Shown here: positions 11,576 through 23,174 of the stretch, one piece after another
Layout of the letters: every line of letters begins with the position of its first letter
Numbering within the stretch: position 1 is the stretch's first letter
Assembly (NCBI GenBank): GCA_038087875.1
Contig: JAXLNO010000046.1
Span: forward strand, 126,001-173,749
DNA length: 47,749 bases
Origin: Malacoraja senta
Taxonomy: Eukaryota
Direction of reading: 5' to 3'
Notes under the pieces: generated by a model
What the model was told of the DNA's origin: nothing
Databases searched by the model: none
What the model saw: the letters and a program-made list of their open reading frames with translations, nothing else
Made by a program: the position numbers and the translations under genes

Positions 11576-12823
11576 ATCAGGCCTCGTTGAAAGGCTGAGC
11601 AGGTTTGAGGAGCAGTAAGGCCAACACAATTTATTGACGTTATTATGTAAACTGCATTGGCAGCAAGTCAGACTCACTGGGCAATCAGTAGATGAGCCTC
11701 GGCCCACTTTAACAAGCTGGAATTGGTCACCAACCAGCAGCCCTGGGCTACGAGTCTTGGTTGACAGTTAGGAGTCAACTACACTGGGGCTGGAGTCACA
11801 TCGATTGGATGAGGGTGACAATCTCTTTCCTTGCAGGTTGGGCGTCAGGTTCTGCGAAACGCGAGGCTGAATGTGAAGCAAAATGTGGCGGAAGATGCTT
11901 CCTGTTTTCTTCAGTAATTTGGACAAATCCTTGTTTCCAGTATTGTTTGCTTCCATCTATTGCTCTCATATTGAGGGGCATCATTTGCAAACTCTGTGCA
12001 CTCAACAGATCCCTCACCAGCTATGAACAATTTGACAGCGAGAGAACTGCAGTTTACTGGTAGTATAAATAAACACTTAAAAACTTGGAATGTATGTCGG
12101 TGTAAGGGAAGGGAGTGAGGCTGAGGCTGAAGGTCCAGTGCACACTCCCTGATTAAAACCATATTTAATACCATTTTCTGCTGTTTATTTTGAAGTTAAA
12201 TAAAGGAAATGGAAAAATGATTTCTGATAATTAAGTTTTATTTTGAAGGATCTTGGCAGACAAATCAAAAACCCAACTCTCTGGTCTAGAATTGAATGAG
12301 TAACAACTCTTGTCTAAGCTAAGACTTCAATGGAATATAGATATTTCTATTTTGGCAGATTTATCGGTTTTTAGCATCACAAAGTGCTTTGTGGACAAAG
12401 CGAGTGTCCTGATCAGCAAATCCTTGTTCATTTGTTCTGAGGATGAGCACAACATTGGCAATGTTGCATTTATTGCCCATGTCTAAACTGGAGTGGGCAT
12501 ATTGATGGCTTTGCAATTACATATTGGCTGGATGGATAAGATTGGTAGATTTTCTTCTCTGAAGGACACTAATGAGCAACTTTTTGGGTATATGACAATC
12601 AGACTCACATTTAGCATGACAGATACTCATATTTCCTCTAATTTAAAATGTTAAACTGCCAAAGTGAACTAATTCCTCTGATCCAGGACTCCTGTGACTA
12701 AGTATTACTCTAACTGCTAGTCCAGTAACTAACCACTACATTAGCGGACATCTTCTACCAGCTGGCCTCTCCAATGCTGAAACAAAAACCTTAGGTTATG
12801 TTCTGGGATTAAGGTGGGTCTAC

Positions 12824-12901
12824 CTGGTTCCTGGCTCCAAATAGGCACACTGTCCATCTCCAATCCAACCACAGTATGGGTCACGCGTGCCAACACAGCT
12901 C
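12824..12901 (-). CDS. SEMA6B: SEMA6B coding exon (78 nt, PSI domain)
   Basis: ctccaaag|G AGC TGT GTT GGC ACG CGT GAC CCA TAC TGT GGT TGG...ACC AG|gtagac = SCVGTRDPYCGWIGDGQCAYLEPGT; DPYCGW is the PSI signature. Confidence 0.96.
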
Positions 12902-13226
12902 CTTTGGAGAGAAGACGTGAAACATTCTCACGTTAGACAACGTCAACAAAATCATCATCATTTGTTTCCTCAAACTCATTCTCCACACATATCTTTTGGC
13001 GCTGATGTACACTGGGATATGGTTCAATAGATACCCTATTGATACTGCTCTACACCAGTTCAGTCCTCCCTGTGCAAGTCTCAGTGATGACTTTTGGCAA
13101 ACTATTCAAATGTGGGGGCTTTGAAAGTGAAGTTAATCGTGAAGTTGCCTGGAGCATAAACATATGTTTACAGCAAGAGTTCCTGAAATGTAATCAGATG
13201 TGAAATGACTGCTCATCCAGTAATTT

Positions 13227-13280
13227 AAGTCTGAAGAAGGGTCTCGACCTGAAACATCACCCATTATTTCTCTCCAGAAA
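13227..13280 (+). mobile_element. Penelope-derived terminal repeat fragment with hammerhead-like core
   Basis: CTGAAGA-AGGGTCTCGACCT-GAAA-CATC at 13231-13258. Confidence 0.7.
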
Positions 13281-13338
13281 ACATTTTATTGCTGTAACTT
13301 TTAATTCCTACCTTGAAGAACATTCAGAGGTGGCAAGC

Positions 13339-13557
13339 AGACACAAAACGCTGGAGTAACTCAGCGGGACAGGCAGCATCTCTGGAGAGAAGGAATGGGT
13401 GACGTTTCAGGTTGAGTTTCGGGTCAGACTGAAGAAGAGTCTCGAACCGAAACGTCACCCATTCCTTCTCTCCAGAGATGCTGCATTCCCGCTGAGTTAC
13501 TCCAGCATTTTGTGTCTACCTTCGATTTAAACCAGCATCTGCAGTTCCTTCCCACAC
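13339..13557. mobile_element. Penelope-derived inverted-repeat (hairpin) element with hammerhead-like core
   Basis: Arm agacacaaaacgctggagtaactcagcggg...gggtgacgtttc is reverse-complementary to gaaacgtcaccc...gagttactccagcattttgtgtct; core CTGAAGA...GAAACGTC at 13429-13456. Confidence 0.85.
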
Positions 13558-13559
13558 AG

Positions 13560-13742
13560 GTAGTTGGGGGCAGGTACAATAACAACATTTAGAAGGCATT
13601 TCGACGGATACATGGTTTGGATAGGTTTAGAGGGATATGGGCCAAATGCGGGCATGTAAGACTAGTGTAGATGAGGCATGATGGTTGGCATGGGCAAGTT
13701 GGGCCGAAGGGCCTGTTTCTGTGCTGTATGACTATGACTCTA
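13560..13742 (+). mobile_element. HER1-like CR1 3' end fragment
   Basis: gagggatatgggccaaatgcggg...gggccgaagggcctgtttctgtgctgtatgactatgactct; tail shared with the SINEs in this window. Confidence 0.8.
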
Positions 13743-13854
13743 TTCCAGGGCTTTGGCAGGGAACTAATTCTATTAAAGTTTCTCTTTTTCACATTTTAAA
13801 TACATGCTCAACGGATTGATTGAATTAATTGAAGCTGAATGGCAAAATGCAGAA

Positions 13855-14080
13855 TGGAAACAGGCCCTTTGGCCCACCGATTACACATTTACACAAATTC
13901 TGTGCTATCCCACTTGTACATCCACCCCCCTACACACAAGTGGCCAATTAATCTACAAACCGCCACATCTTTGAGAAATGGGAAGAAACCGGAAATGTGC
14001 AAACTCCACACTAACAGCACCTGAGGTCAATATCGAACCCTTGTCTCTAGCGCTGTGAGGCAGCAGCTCTACCTGCTGTG
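13855..14080 (-). mobile_element. Degraded V-SINE (HE1-like)
   Basis: gaaacaggcccttt tail, V-domain remnant and reversed B box (tatcgaaccc). Confidence 0.7.
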
Positions 14081-15149
14081 ATACTGGGTGTCCATCTTCC
14101 GTAACCTTTTTTTCTCCAAAGCTAACATTGCCTTTCAGTTGACTGCTCTGCAAACTCATTTTCATTCTGCTGCCTTCTGAGGCCGTCAGCTTTGACAAGG
14201 TCTATGCCAGTTTCCCCCTGCAGTCTGAGTATCAATGTGGTGTAAGAAAAGCATTAAAGATATGTCAAGCTTCGATCATTTGAGTGGATTCTAATCCGGA
14301 CGCTGTGTTCAGCACAAGAATTCCCTCTGTGGTTTACAGTGTTTACAGCTGACACTCTGGAGCAGGAGGTTGTGTTCAGCCCATTCAACATTGGCAGGGT
14401 TTTCTTAACTATAATTCACCCAAGTTCATTCAAAACATCAGGTTCTGAAGAAGTGCCTTCAAATGTAGTCTTGTATGCATGCCTGACTAATCTTTCTCAA
14501 GTGTAGAATTCATCGGGCATGTTCACAGCCTGTTGTTACATGTTCATCCCATGTTCATAGCCTGTTGTTACATGTTCATCCCATGTTCATAGCCTGTTGT
14601 TGGGAGGTTTTGGTGCTGGTTTCATCTAGTGGTTTTGCAGTTGGTGAAAATCCACACAATGAAAATATTAGCTTAAATACCCTTCAATTGTTCAGAAGAA
14701 GACAAATAACCGTGATAATCCAAGACCATTCCCAACATCCACTGTGCAATTCCCAGTTGTGTTTAACTCACTGAACTTAGTAGAGGAGAGACAGGCTTCA
14801 TTGTTGAGCAGATGCAAGGACTCGCCTCGGGTGGGAAGTTTGAATGTAGGACAAGATCAAGCTGGCAACCATCAGAACTCATTCACAACAGGCACTTGAT
14901 AAAGGGTCTGGGAGTTTGGCTTGTGTTAGCAGTATCATCGTGCGTACATTCCAATCCTTCAGTATGTGCCAAAGAGCTTTACAATCAAGTCCACTTTTTA
15001 GAAACACCATTAGCATTGTCACATAGAGAATTTCGAGAGCTCTACTCAAAAAACATGAGATGAATGAATAAAGACTTGTTTCTGGCAGAGCAGGGTGAAA
15101 GATGGAAAGAGTTGGGTTCTGGGTGGAACCCTCTGGTCACTTTCAACTT

Positions 15150-15300
15150 GCACCATTGGATCTTTTTAATTTATTCATGTTCTTGGTTTAACATCTCACC
15201 TGCACGCTCTCGTCACTGAGAACTCTCTCAGTGCCACCCTGGGGTGTCAACCCAGACCGTGCAATCAAACTTCAATGAGAATTGAACTCACCAACGCAAA
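15150..15300 (-). mobile_element. Possible ancient Deu-domain SINE remnant
   Basis: ttggtttaacatctcacc...ctctctcagtgccaccctggggtgtcaacccaga...ttgaactcac resembles the recalled reverse complement of the Deu core and tRNA head; heavily diverged. Confidence 0.4.
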
Positions 15301-15355
15301 GGCAAGAACATCAATGTGTGGGAGGAAGGGAGAACATGCAAGCAGAGGCAGAGAA

Positions 15356-15676
15356 GTTTAGTTTAGTTTAGTTTAGAGATACAGTGCGGAAACAGGCCCT
15401 TCGGTCCACCGAGTCCATGCCGACCAGCGATCCCCGCACATTAACACTGTCCTACACACACTAGGGACAATTATATATTTACACTAAGCCAATGAACCTA
15501 CAAACCTGTACATTTTAGGAGTGTGGGAGGAAACCAAAGATCTCAGAGAAAACCCACACAGGTCACAGGGAGAACGTACAAATTCCATACAGACAGCACC
15601 CGTGGTCGGGATCGAACCCGGGTCTCTGGCGCTGCGAGCTCTGTAAGGCAGCAACTCAATGGCTGCACCACCGTGC
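15356..15676 (-). mobile_element. Full-length tRNA-derived V-SINE (HE1-like)
   Basis: Minus strand: GCACGGTGGTGCAG A-box region, B box GGTTCGATCC (15618-15609), V domain, LINE-like tail and (TAAAC)n end. Confidence 0.9.
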
Positions 15677-15753
15677 TGAATTTACGGGTACATGTCATAA
15701 ATTGAAGGGATTTTGGCAAACTTTGAGAAGTAGTGATCTGTAGTTGGACTCAC

Positions 15754-15894
15754 TTCATGCAGGCAGCATGTTGCTGACAATGGGCAAAGGCAACTCGAAC
15801 AACACAGGAGGAGAATGCCACCAACACGGTTCCACTCATCTTGTCCAGCTCCATACCCACTATCCTCCGCTGCTCACGCCCTTTGGCGTTACAT
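15754..15894 (-). CDS. SEMA6B: SEMA6B coding exon (141 nt, end of Sema / start of PSI)
   Basis: attgcag|A TGT...ATG AA|gtgagt = CNAKGREQRRIVGMELDKMSGTVLVAFSSCVVRVAFAHCQQHAACM(K). Confidence 0.95.
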
Positions 15895-16004
15895 CTGCAA
15901 TAAAGAGCAGATTCATTACTTCAGTGCTGTTGCTGTGGCACAAATAAAAATGAATTATTTAGTATAACACCGTGTCACACTTCTCAGGGCACCTCAAACT
16001 GGGT

Positions 16005-16160
16005 CGGCACAAAATGCTGGAGTAACTCAGCAGGACAGGCAGCATCTCTGGAGAGAAGGAATGGTGCCTGTCCTCTAGAGATGCTGACTGTCTCGCTGAG
16101 TTACTCCAGCATTTTGTGTCTACCTTTGATTTAAACCAGCCTCTGCAGTTCTTTCCTACT
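16005..16160. mobile_element. Penelope-derived hairpin element with the centre deleted; 13-bp flanking direct repeat
   Basis: Inverted arms; cctcaaactgggt at 15992-16004 and 16161-16173. Confidence 0.85.
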
Positions 16161-17315
16161 CCTCAAACTGGGTGACAATGAGTTATCCCTGGAGTACATT
16201 CAATGCTCCACCGGTCTCAGCACAGGAAAGTCTTGAAAGAACAATTAGTGAGCTATTCATATATATTTTGGTTGATAATTAGAGTGCATAGGTTAGTACT
16301 TATATTTTACATCCTGTCAATGGTCATTAATATGACAAAATAATAAGTTACGACTTCTTACAACTTCCCCTTCCCGCCTCATTCACCCCTTCTGAAAATA
16401 TTGTTCTTTGTGGAGTTTTGGTTTAGGAGTGATGGGATGAGACTGCAATTTAATGTAAATATTGGCTATCCTCTGAAATAGATTGCTCCTAATGTCCTCA
16501 TCTAGTTCTGTATTGCCAAGCGTGGTTCACATTCATTTCAAAGAAGACTCATTTGTATTCTGCCAATTTCCATCAACCATTGAAAATACTTGGACCATTG
16601 GCCCTTTCTAATTGTCTTGTTGCAAGGAGACCTCAAATCTCTCCAGTTATCTTTACAGCTCTTGGAAGGGAGCCCAAAATGTTTAATGCTTTTTTAAAAA
16701 TCATTTCCTCGGAATCATCTATATTCTTATTAAATACGCAGCATCCCATGGACCGTTTATGTGGATGATAAAACTATTTGGTTTGATTTTTGAAATTATC
16801 TGAATGTAATTTCACAAATGTTATTCATGGCTTTAAGTTGCTGCTTTGTTTGATACTGAGATTCTTTCTTTCTGCAATTGTGTCTGCTCTTGTGAAGCTG
16901 GTGGGGATGGAAGTCATTAGCAGCGGCTCACAACTGGCTCAACCTTGCATTGGTTATCAACATGGCCTCAGCTTGATTAGTGAAAAATGGGCATTTTTAC
17001 AATAGTTGGTCCTTGCATTTAATCTGTCCCTCTGACATCTCTGATCTCACCCTGACGTTGCAAAATGTCAGAATGTCTTCACAAGCACAAAAGGCCAAAG
17101 TGAATCTTATTCCTAGACATTGAATATTAACATAATGTCTGATGATTAAAATAGCATCCTTAAACCCAAAGTTACTAGCATTGGGAACCTGCCAGCAATG
17201 GTTCATGAAACCATTGAATGCAAAATCTTTGCCCTGCCTTTAGCCCCAGCGCAATGCTTTATGATCAGTGAACGCAACACAGAATAGGATCCAAACTGAT
17301 GTCCCATTGAAGGAT

Positions 17316-17826
17316 GTTTAAGAAGGAACTGCAGATGCTAGAAAATCGAAGGTAAAAATTGCATCCGCTGCTCTAGATGTCAGCTGATCTACATCGGTGA
17401 GACCAAGTGTAGGCTTGGCGATCACTTCGCCGAACACCTCCGCTCGGTTCGCAATAACCAACCTGATCTCCCGGTGGCTCAGCACTTCAACTCCCCCTCC
17501 CATTCCCAATCCGACCTTTCTGTCCTGGGCCTCCTCCACGGCCATAGTGAGGACCACCGTAAACTGGAGGAGCAATAACTCATACTTCGCTTGGGCAGTT
17601 TGTACCCCAGCGGTATGAACATTGACTTCTCTAATTTCAGGTAGTCCCAACTGTCTCCTCCCCTTCTCAGCTCTCCCTCAGCCCACTGGCTCCTCCTCTT
17701 CCTTTCTTCTTCCCGCCCTCCCCACCCATACATTAGTCTGAAGAAGGGTTTCGGCCCGAAACGTTGCCTATTTCCTTCGCTCCATAGATGCTGCTGCACC
17801 CGCTGAGTTTCTCCAGCATTTTTGTC
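17316..17826 (+). mobile_element. 5'-truncated Penelope-like element: GIY-YIG endonuclease C-terminus, 3'UTR and terminal repeat; 14-bp TSD
   Basis: 17360-17644 = CIRCSRCQLIYIGETKCRLGDHFAEHLRSVRNNQPDLPVAQHFNSPSH...RKLEEQ*LILRLGSLYPSGMNIDFSNFR*; tcccattgaaggat at 17302-17315 and 17827-17840. Confidence 0.93.
17734..17770 (+). ncRNA. Putative minimal type I hammerhead ribozyme in the Penelope terminal repeat
   Basis: CUGAAGA-A-GGGU(UUCG)GCCC-GAAA-CGUU: both core boxes, a 4-bp stem II, palindromic ACGU stem III and an NUH triplet; stem I is short and uncertain. Confidence 0.7.
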
Positions 17827-17869
17827 TCCCATTGAAGGATATTATCTTGCTGGCTGGTAGGTTGGTACA

Positions 17870-18317
17870 GCTACCTATAGCTTGTATGATATAGCTACCT
17901 ATAGCTAGTATGTTGGTTCAGCTACATACAAGCTAGTATGTTGGTTCAGCTACATACAAGCTAGTATGTTGGTTCAGCTACATACAAGCTAGTATGTTGG
18001 TTCAGCTACATACAAGCTAGTATGTTGGTTCAGCTACATACAAGCTAGTATGTTGGTTCAGCTACATACAAGCTAGTATGTTGGTTCAGCTACATACAAG
18101 CTAGTATGTTGGTTCAGCTACATACAAGCTAGTATGTTGGTTCAGCTACATACAAGCTAGTATGTTGGTTCAGCTACATACAAGCTAGTATGTTGGTTCA
18201 GCTACATACAAGCTAGTATGTTGGTTCAGCTACATACAAGCTAGTATGTTGGTTCAGCTACATACAAGCTAGTATGTTGGTTCAGCTACATACAAGCTAG
18301 TATGTTGGTATAGCTAT
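17870..18317. repeat. 28-bp minisatellite (AGCTAGTATGTTGGTTCAGCTACATACA), about 15 near-identical copies
   Basis: Period 28 read directly (17903, 17931, ...). Confidence 0.98.
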
Positions 18318-18326
18318 TCTATGTAA

Positions 18327-18915
18327 GGGCATCATGGTGGCAGAGTGAATACAGTTGCAGCATCACAGTCGCCCAGGCGATGTCGGAGTGCAGTTTCTCC
18401 CCGCATTCTCCCTCCTTCCGTGTGGCTTTTCCCAAATGTTCTAGTTTTCCTCCTAAATACATAAAGGTGGGGAGGCTGAGTGCCTCCAGTGTGTACAGTG
18501 CCCACTGTAAATCACGTCCAGTGTGTACAGTGCCCACTGTAAACCACCCCAGTGTGTACAGTGCCCACTGTAAATCACCCCCAGTGTGTACAGTGCCCAC
18601 TGTAAATCACGTCCAGTGTGTACAGTGCCCACTGTAAATCACGTCCAGTGTGTACAGTGCCCACTGTAAATCACCCCCAGTGTGTACAGTGCCCACTGTA
18701 AATCACCCCCAGTGTGTACAGTGCCCACTGTAAATCACGTCCAGTGTGTACAGTGCCCACTGTAAATCACCCCCAGTGTGCACAGTGATAGAATCTGGTG
18801 GGTTCATGACAATGTGGGAAGAGTGTATGAAACTGGGATTAATGTAAGATTAGTACTAGCTAAGGGTGGTTGATGACTCGGTGCACTGAAGGGCCTGTTT
18901 GTGCGCTGTATCTCC
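18327..18915 (+). mobile_element. Old V-SINE-like element hosting an internal minisatellite
   Basis: Degraded head ggcatcatggtggcagag, V-domain remnant and tail gaagggcctgtttgtgcgctgtatctc. Confidence 0.65.
18486..18788. repeat. 32-bp minisatellite (CCAGTGTGTACAGTGCCCACTGTAAATCACGT/CC), about 9.5 copies
   Basis: Period 32 read directly; each unit contains the hairpin TACAGTG-CC-CACTGTA. Confidence 0.97.
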
Positions 18916-19421
18916 CTGTGATATTTAATAAAACATGATACATGGCCTATTTTTAACTGTAACACTTGAAAGTATTGCTATGATTGATAATCCCTTTTAA
19001 CTAGATTATCCGTGATGATTAGCTAACATTTGGATTGCTCCCAGAGGCATTCTGATACTTTGTTTTTTCCAACCAGTAAACAGTCAGCTAATTTTCTCTT
19101 CAACCTTTCATCTCTGTTTTAATGTGATGTGTCTTTTGTGTACAGGCGACGTTAGTGGTCCAGTCTTTATTGGTTTGCAGTGACGGTTGTGCAAAGAAGC
19201 TGTTGACAAGGGTTTGGGTACATAGTGTGGGTCAACAAGGCTGAACAAAGTTAGAGATACTGCCTGGCGCATTGAGTTACACCAGTGTTTTGTGTTTGCC
19301 TTCAATGTAAACCAGCATCTGCAGTTCCTCCCTATAAACTTGGAGAGAAGTAAGTTTCAGTTCAGAAGATGAGATCGGTGAAGCTCTGCGGAAAGCAGGA
19401 AGACGGAAAGTACTGAGGAAG

Positions 19422-21259
19422 ATAGAAACATAGAAACATAGAAAATAGGTGCAGGAGTAGGCCATTCGGCCCTTCGAGCCTGCACCGCCATTTAATATGA
19501 TCATGGCTGATCATCCAACTCAGTAGCCTTCTCTCCATACCCCCTGATCCCTTTAGCCACAAGGGCCACATCTAACTCCCTCTTAAATATAGCCAATGAA
19601 CTGGCCTCAACTACCTTCTGTGGCAGAGAATTCCACAGATTCACCACTCTCTGTGTGAAAAATGATTTTCTCATCTCGGTCCTAAAAGACTTCCCCCTTA
19701 TCCTCAAACTGTGACCCCTTGTTCTGGACTTCCCCAACATCGGGAACAATCTTCCTGCATCTAGCCTGTCCAACCCCTTAAGAATCTTGTAAGTTTCTAT
19801 AAGATCCCCCCTCAATTTTCTAAATTCTAGCGAGTACAAGCCGAGTCTATCCAGTCTTTCTTCATATGAAAGTCCTGCCATCCCAGGAATCAGTCTGGTG
19901 AACTTTCTCTGTACTCCATCTATGGCAAGAATGTCTTTCCTCAGATTAGGAGACCAAAACTGTACGCAATACTCCAGGTGTGGCCTCACCAAGACCCTGT
20001 ACAACTGCAGTAGAACCTCCCTGTTCTTATATTCAAATCCTTTTGCTATGAATGCTAACATACCATTCGCTTTCTTCACTGCCTGCTGCACCTGCATGCC
20101 TACTTTCAATGACTGGTGGACCATGACACCCAGGTCTCATTGCATCTTCCCTTTTCCTAATCGGCCACCATTCAGATAATAGTCTACTTTCATGTTTTTG
20201 CCACCAAAGTGGATAACCTCACATTTATCCACATTATACTGCATCTGCCATGCATTTGCCCACTCACCCAACCTATCTAAGTCACCTTGCAGCCTCCTAG
20301 CATTCTCCTCACAGCTAACATTGTCCCCCAGCTTTGTGTCATCCGCAAACTTGGAGATGTTACATTCAATTCCCTCATCCAGATTATTAATATATATTGT
20401 AAATAGCTGGGGTCCCAGCACTGAGCCTTGCGGTACCCCACTAGTCACTGCCTGCCATTCTGAAAATGACCTGTTTACTCCTACTCTTTGCTTCCTGTCT
20501 GCCAGCCAGTTCTCTATCCACATCGATACTGAACCCCCAATACCATGTGCTTTAAGTTTGCATACTAATCTCTTATGTGGGACCTTGTCGAAAGCCTTCT
20601 GAAAGTCCAGATATAACACATCCACTGGTTCTCCCTTATCCACTCTACTAGCTACATCCTTGAAAAATTCTATAAGATTCGTTAGACATGATTTACCTTT
20701 CATAAATCCATGCTGACTTTGTCCAATGATTTCACCACTTTCCAAATGTGCTGCTATCCCATCTTTAATAACTGACTCTAGCATTTTCCCCACTACCGAT
20801 GTTAGACTAACTGGTCTGTAATTCCCTGTTTTCTCTCACCCTCCCTTTTTAAAAAGTGAGGTTACATTAGCTACCCTCCAATCCTCAGGAACAGAATGTA
20901 AAGAGTTTTGAAAAATGATCACTAATGCATCCACTATTTCTAGGGCTACTTCCTTAAGTACTCTGGGATGCAGCCTATCTGGCCCTGGGGATTTATCGGC
21001 CTTTAATCCATTCAATTTACCTAACACCACTTCCTGGCTAACCTGGATTTCACTCAGTTCCTCCATCTCATTTGACCCCCGGTCCCCTGCTATTTCCGGC
21101 TGATTATTTATGTCTTCCTTAGTGAAGACAGAACCAATGTAGTTATTCCATTGGTCTGCCATGTCCTTGTTCCCCATGATCAATTCTGACTGCAAGGGAC
21201 CTACATTTGTTTTAAATAATCTTTTTCTCTTCACATGTCTACAGTTTTTATGTTCCCTG
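19422..21259 (-). mobile_element. 5'-truncated CR1 LINE (RT + C-terminus), same subfamily as 5590-8462
   Basis: ORF pieces with KSPGPD, QHGF, LDFQKAFDKV, GVPQGSVLGP, KFADD; premature stop near 20137, small deletions, and (TTTCTATG)n tail in reverse. Confidence 0.96.
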
Positions 21260-21482
21260 ATATAAAGAGAAGGCAGGTTTTGAGATCTTGGAATGACTTG
21301 GAGATGGCGACTGCAATGAATTTGTCCCAATGTCGTGAATTCCTCACAGAGTGAAAGACCTTGCAACTTGGTACAATGATGTGTCTTGTGCAGTGGCAGA
21401 AAAGTGAGGCAACTTAGTACATCGATTAAACAAATTGTTGGCCAATGCAGAGTTTTTATACTATGGTGTGAGAGAGTCCATC

Positions 21483-21878
<396 letters not shown>

Positions 21879-21980
21879 TGCATTTGAAGCTGTAATGGGA
21901 AAAAACACAGATTCTGGGTCTGCACACTCTGTAAATATTCGGCAATGTTTTCAATTATTTCGGTATAAAAGAATTCTTAC

Positions 21981-22160
21981 TTCTCTGGGCTGTAAGCATC
22001 AAAATGTTCGAGGAATAAGCTTCGATTGACAAAGTTTGTACTTGTAGTTGGTCTAATGAGGAATTTGAGAATAATGCCAGTTTCAGAGCCAAGGAATACC
22101 ACAGTGTGGTTCTTAAAGGGGCCAGCCTCGGTGTCCACCACGATCTTGTCCAGGCGATCC
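21981..22160 (-). CDS. SEMA6B: SEMA6B coding exon (180 nt, Sema domain)
   Basis: acgcag|G GAT...GAG AA|gtaaga = DRLDKIVVDTEAGPFKNHTVVFLGSETGIILKFLIRPTTSTNFVNRSLFLEHFDAYSPE(K). Confidence 0.96.
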
Positions 22161-23174
22161 CTGCGTATCGAAATGAGATATTGATTACATTACAGAATAG
22201 ATAAAAACTGAGCAGTTTCCAGCAACAGTTAATAAAACATGACATGTGGCCTATTTTTATCTGTAAAACCTCAAGTATAGTTTGAAATATTAGCACATCA
22301 CATCGTCAATCTCTCTCTGGGCTTCTGTCCACTCAGGTCGATGAATTTTGTGACCGTAGAGATATTGTTTATGCTGTTGCATTTAAGCTCTCCCTAGTAT
22401 TACTGATTGGGGGTGGAGAGAATCTAGTGAATATTTTTTAAGCTAGACAGTATAGATCTAATGTTGGCAAACAGATTACGTAAAACCGTAAGAACATTTT
22501 CGGGTAATTTAAATGAGAGTTTGCCAGTTGTCGCCAGGGTAAATGCTTCAAACATCAAGAAAGAAAAGTACTCAAGCAATGATCCACAGATTGCTTCAGG
22601 GCACGTGGAGCTTTCTGGCATGTCAGCTTGTGATCAAATATTCCCCTTTTTGAGAACATGAGCAGCTTATGTTGAGCCGGGTGGCAGTAAAGTTTCTGAT
22701 TGCGACAGAAGTTTCAGCTCAGTTTATCAGTCCAAACACTCAGCCTTGCAGCGACCCCTGCCATCCTGTTCTGCAGCATTTGCATTAGTTTAGTTTATTG
22801 TGCAGTGCGGCACCTCTATGCCTCATTCAGTTTAATTATTGGGAAATGTTCATGAAGGCCTCTGGGAAAAGACACAGGAAAAATAGTTGTGAAAGCAAGA
22901 TAAATGAAGCAGCCCTGATTAAAGCTGCAGACAGGATAAGGACAGAAACTAAACAGTTGCAAATAAATCAGAAGGATTAAAATTAGCAAAATGAAGACAG
23001 GAACTAAAATGAAAAACAAAACAGGGAACATTTGAATAATCCCTGATTTTCATACAGCAAAAGATGGTGACCAATAAGGGATCGTCTCTCAGCAGTTTCA
23101 GGAGAAGAGGAATAAGAAAAACACAATTATTGTTTCCTAATTTACTCCAACACCCAAGTGGCAGAAAACAGGTT

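Noticed and set aside
15600..15676. tRNA gene (A/B boxes), also near 41093 and 42720-42795
   Set aside because: These are tRNA-derived SINE heads continuing into the V domain and LINE tail, with no cloverleaf.
21955..22296. 113-aa minus-strand ORF
   Set aside because: Overlaps the true 180-nt SEMA6B exon in the wrong frame.
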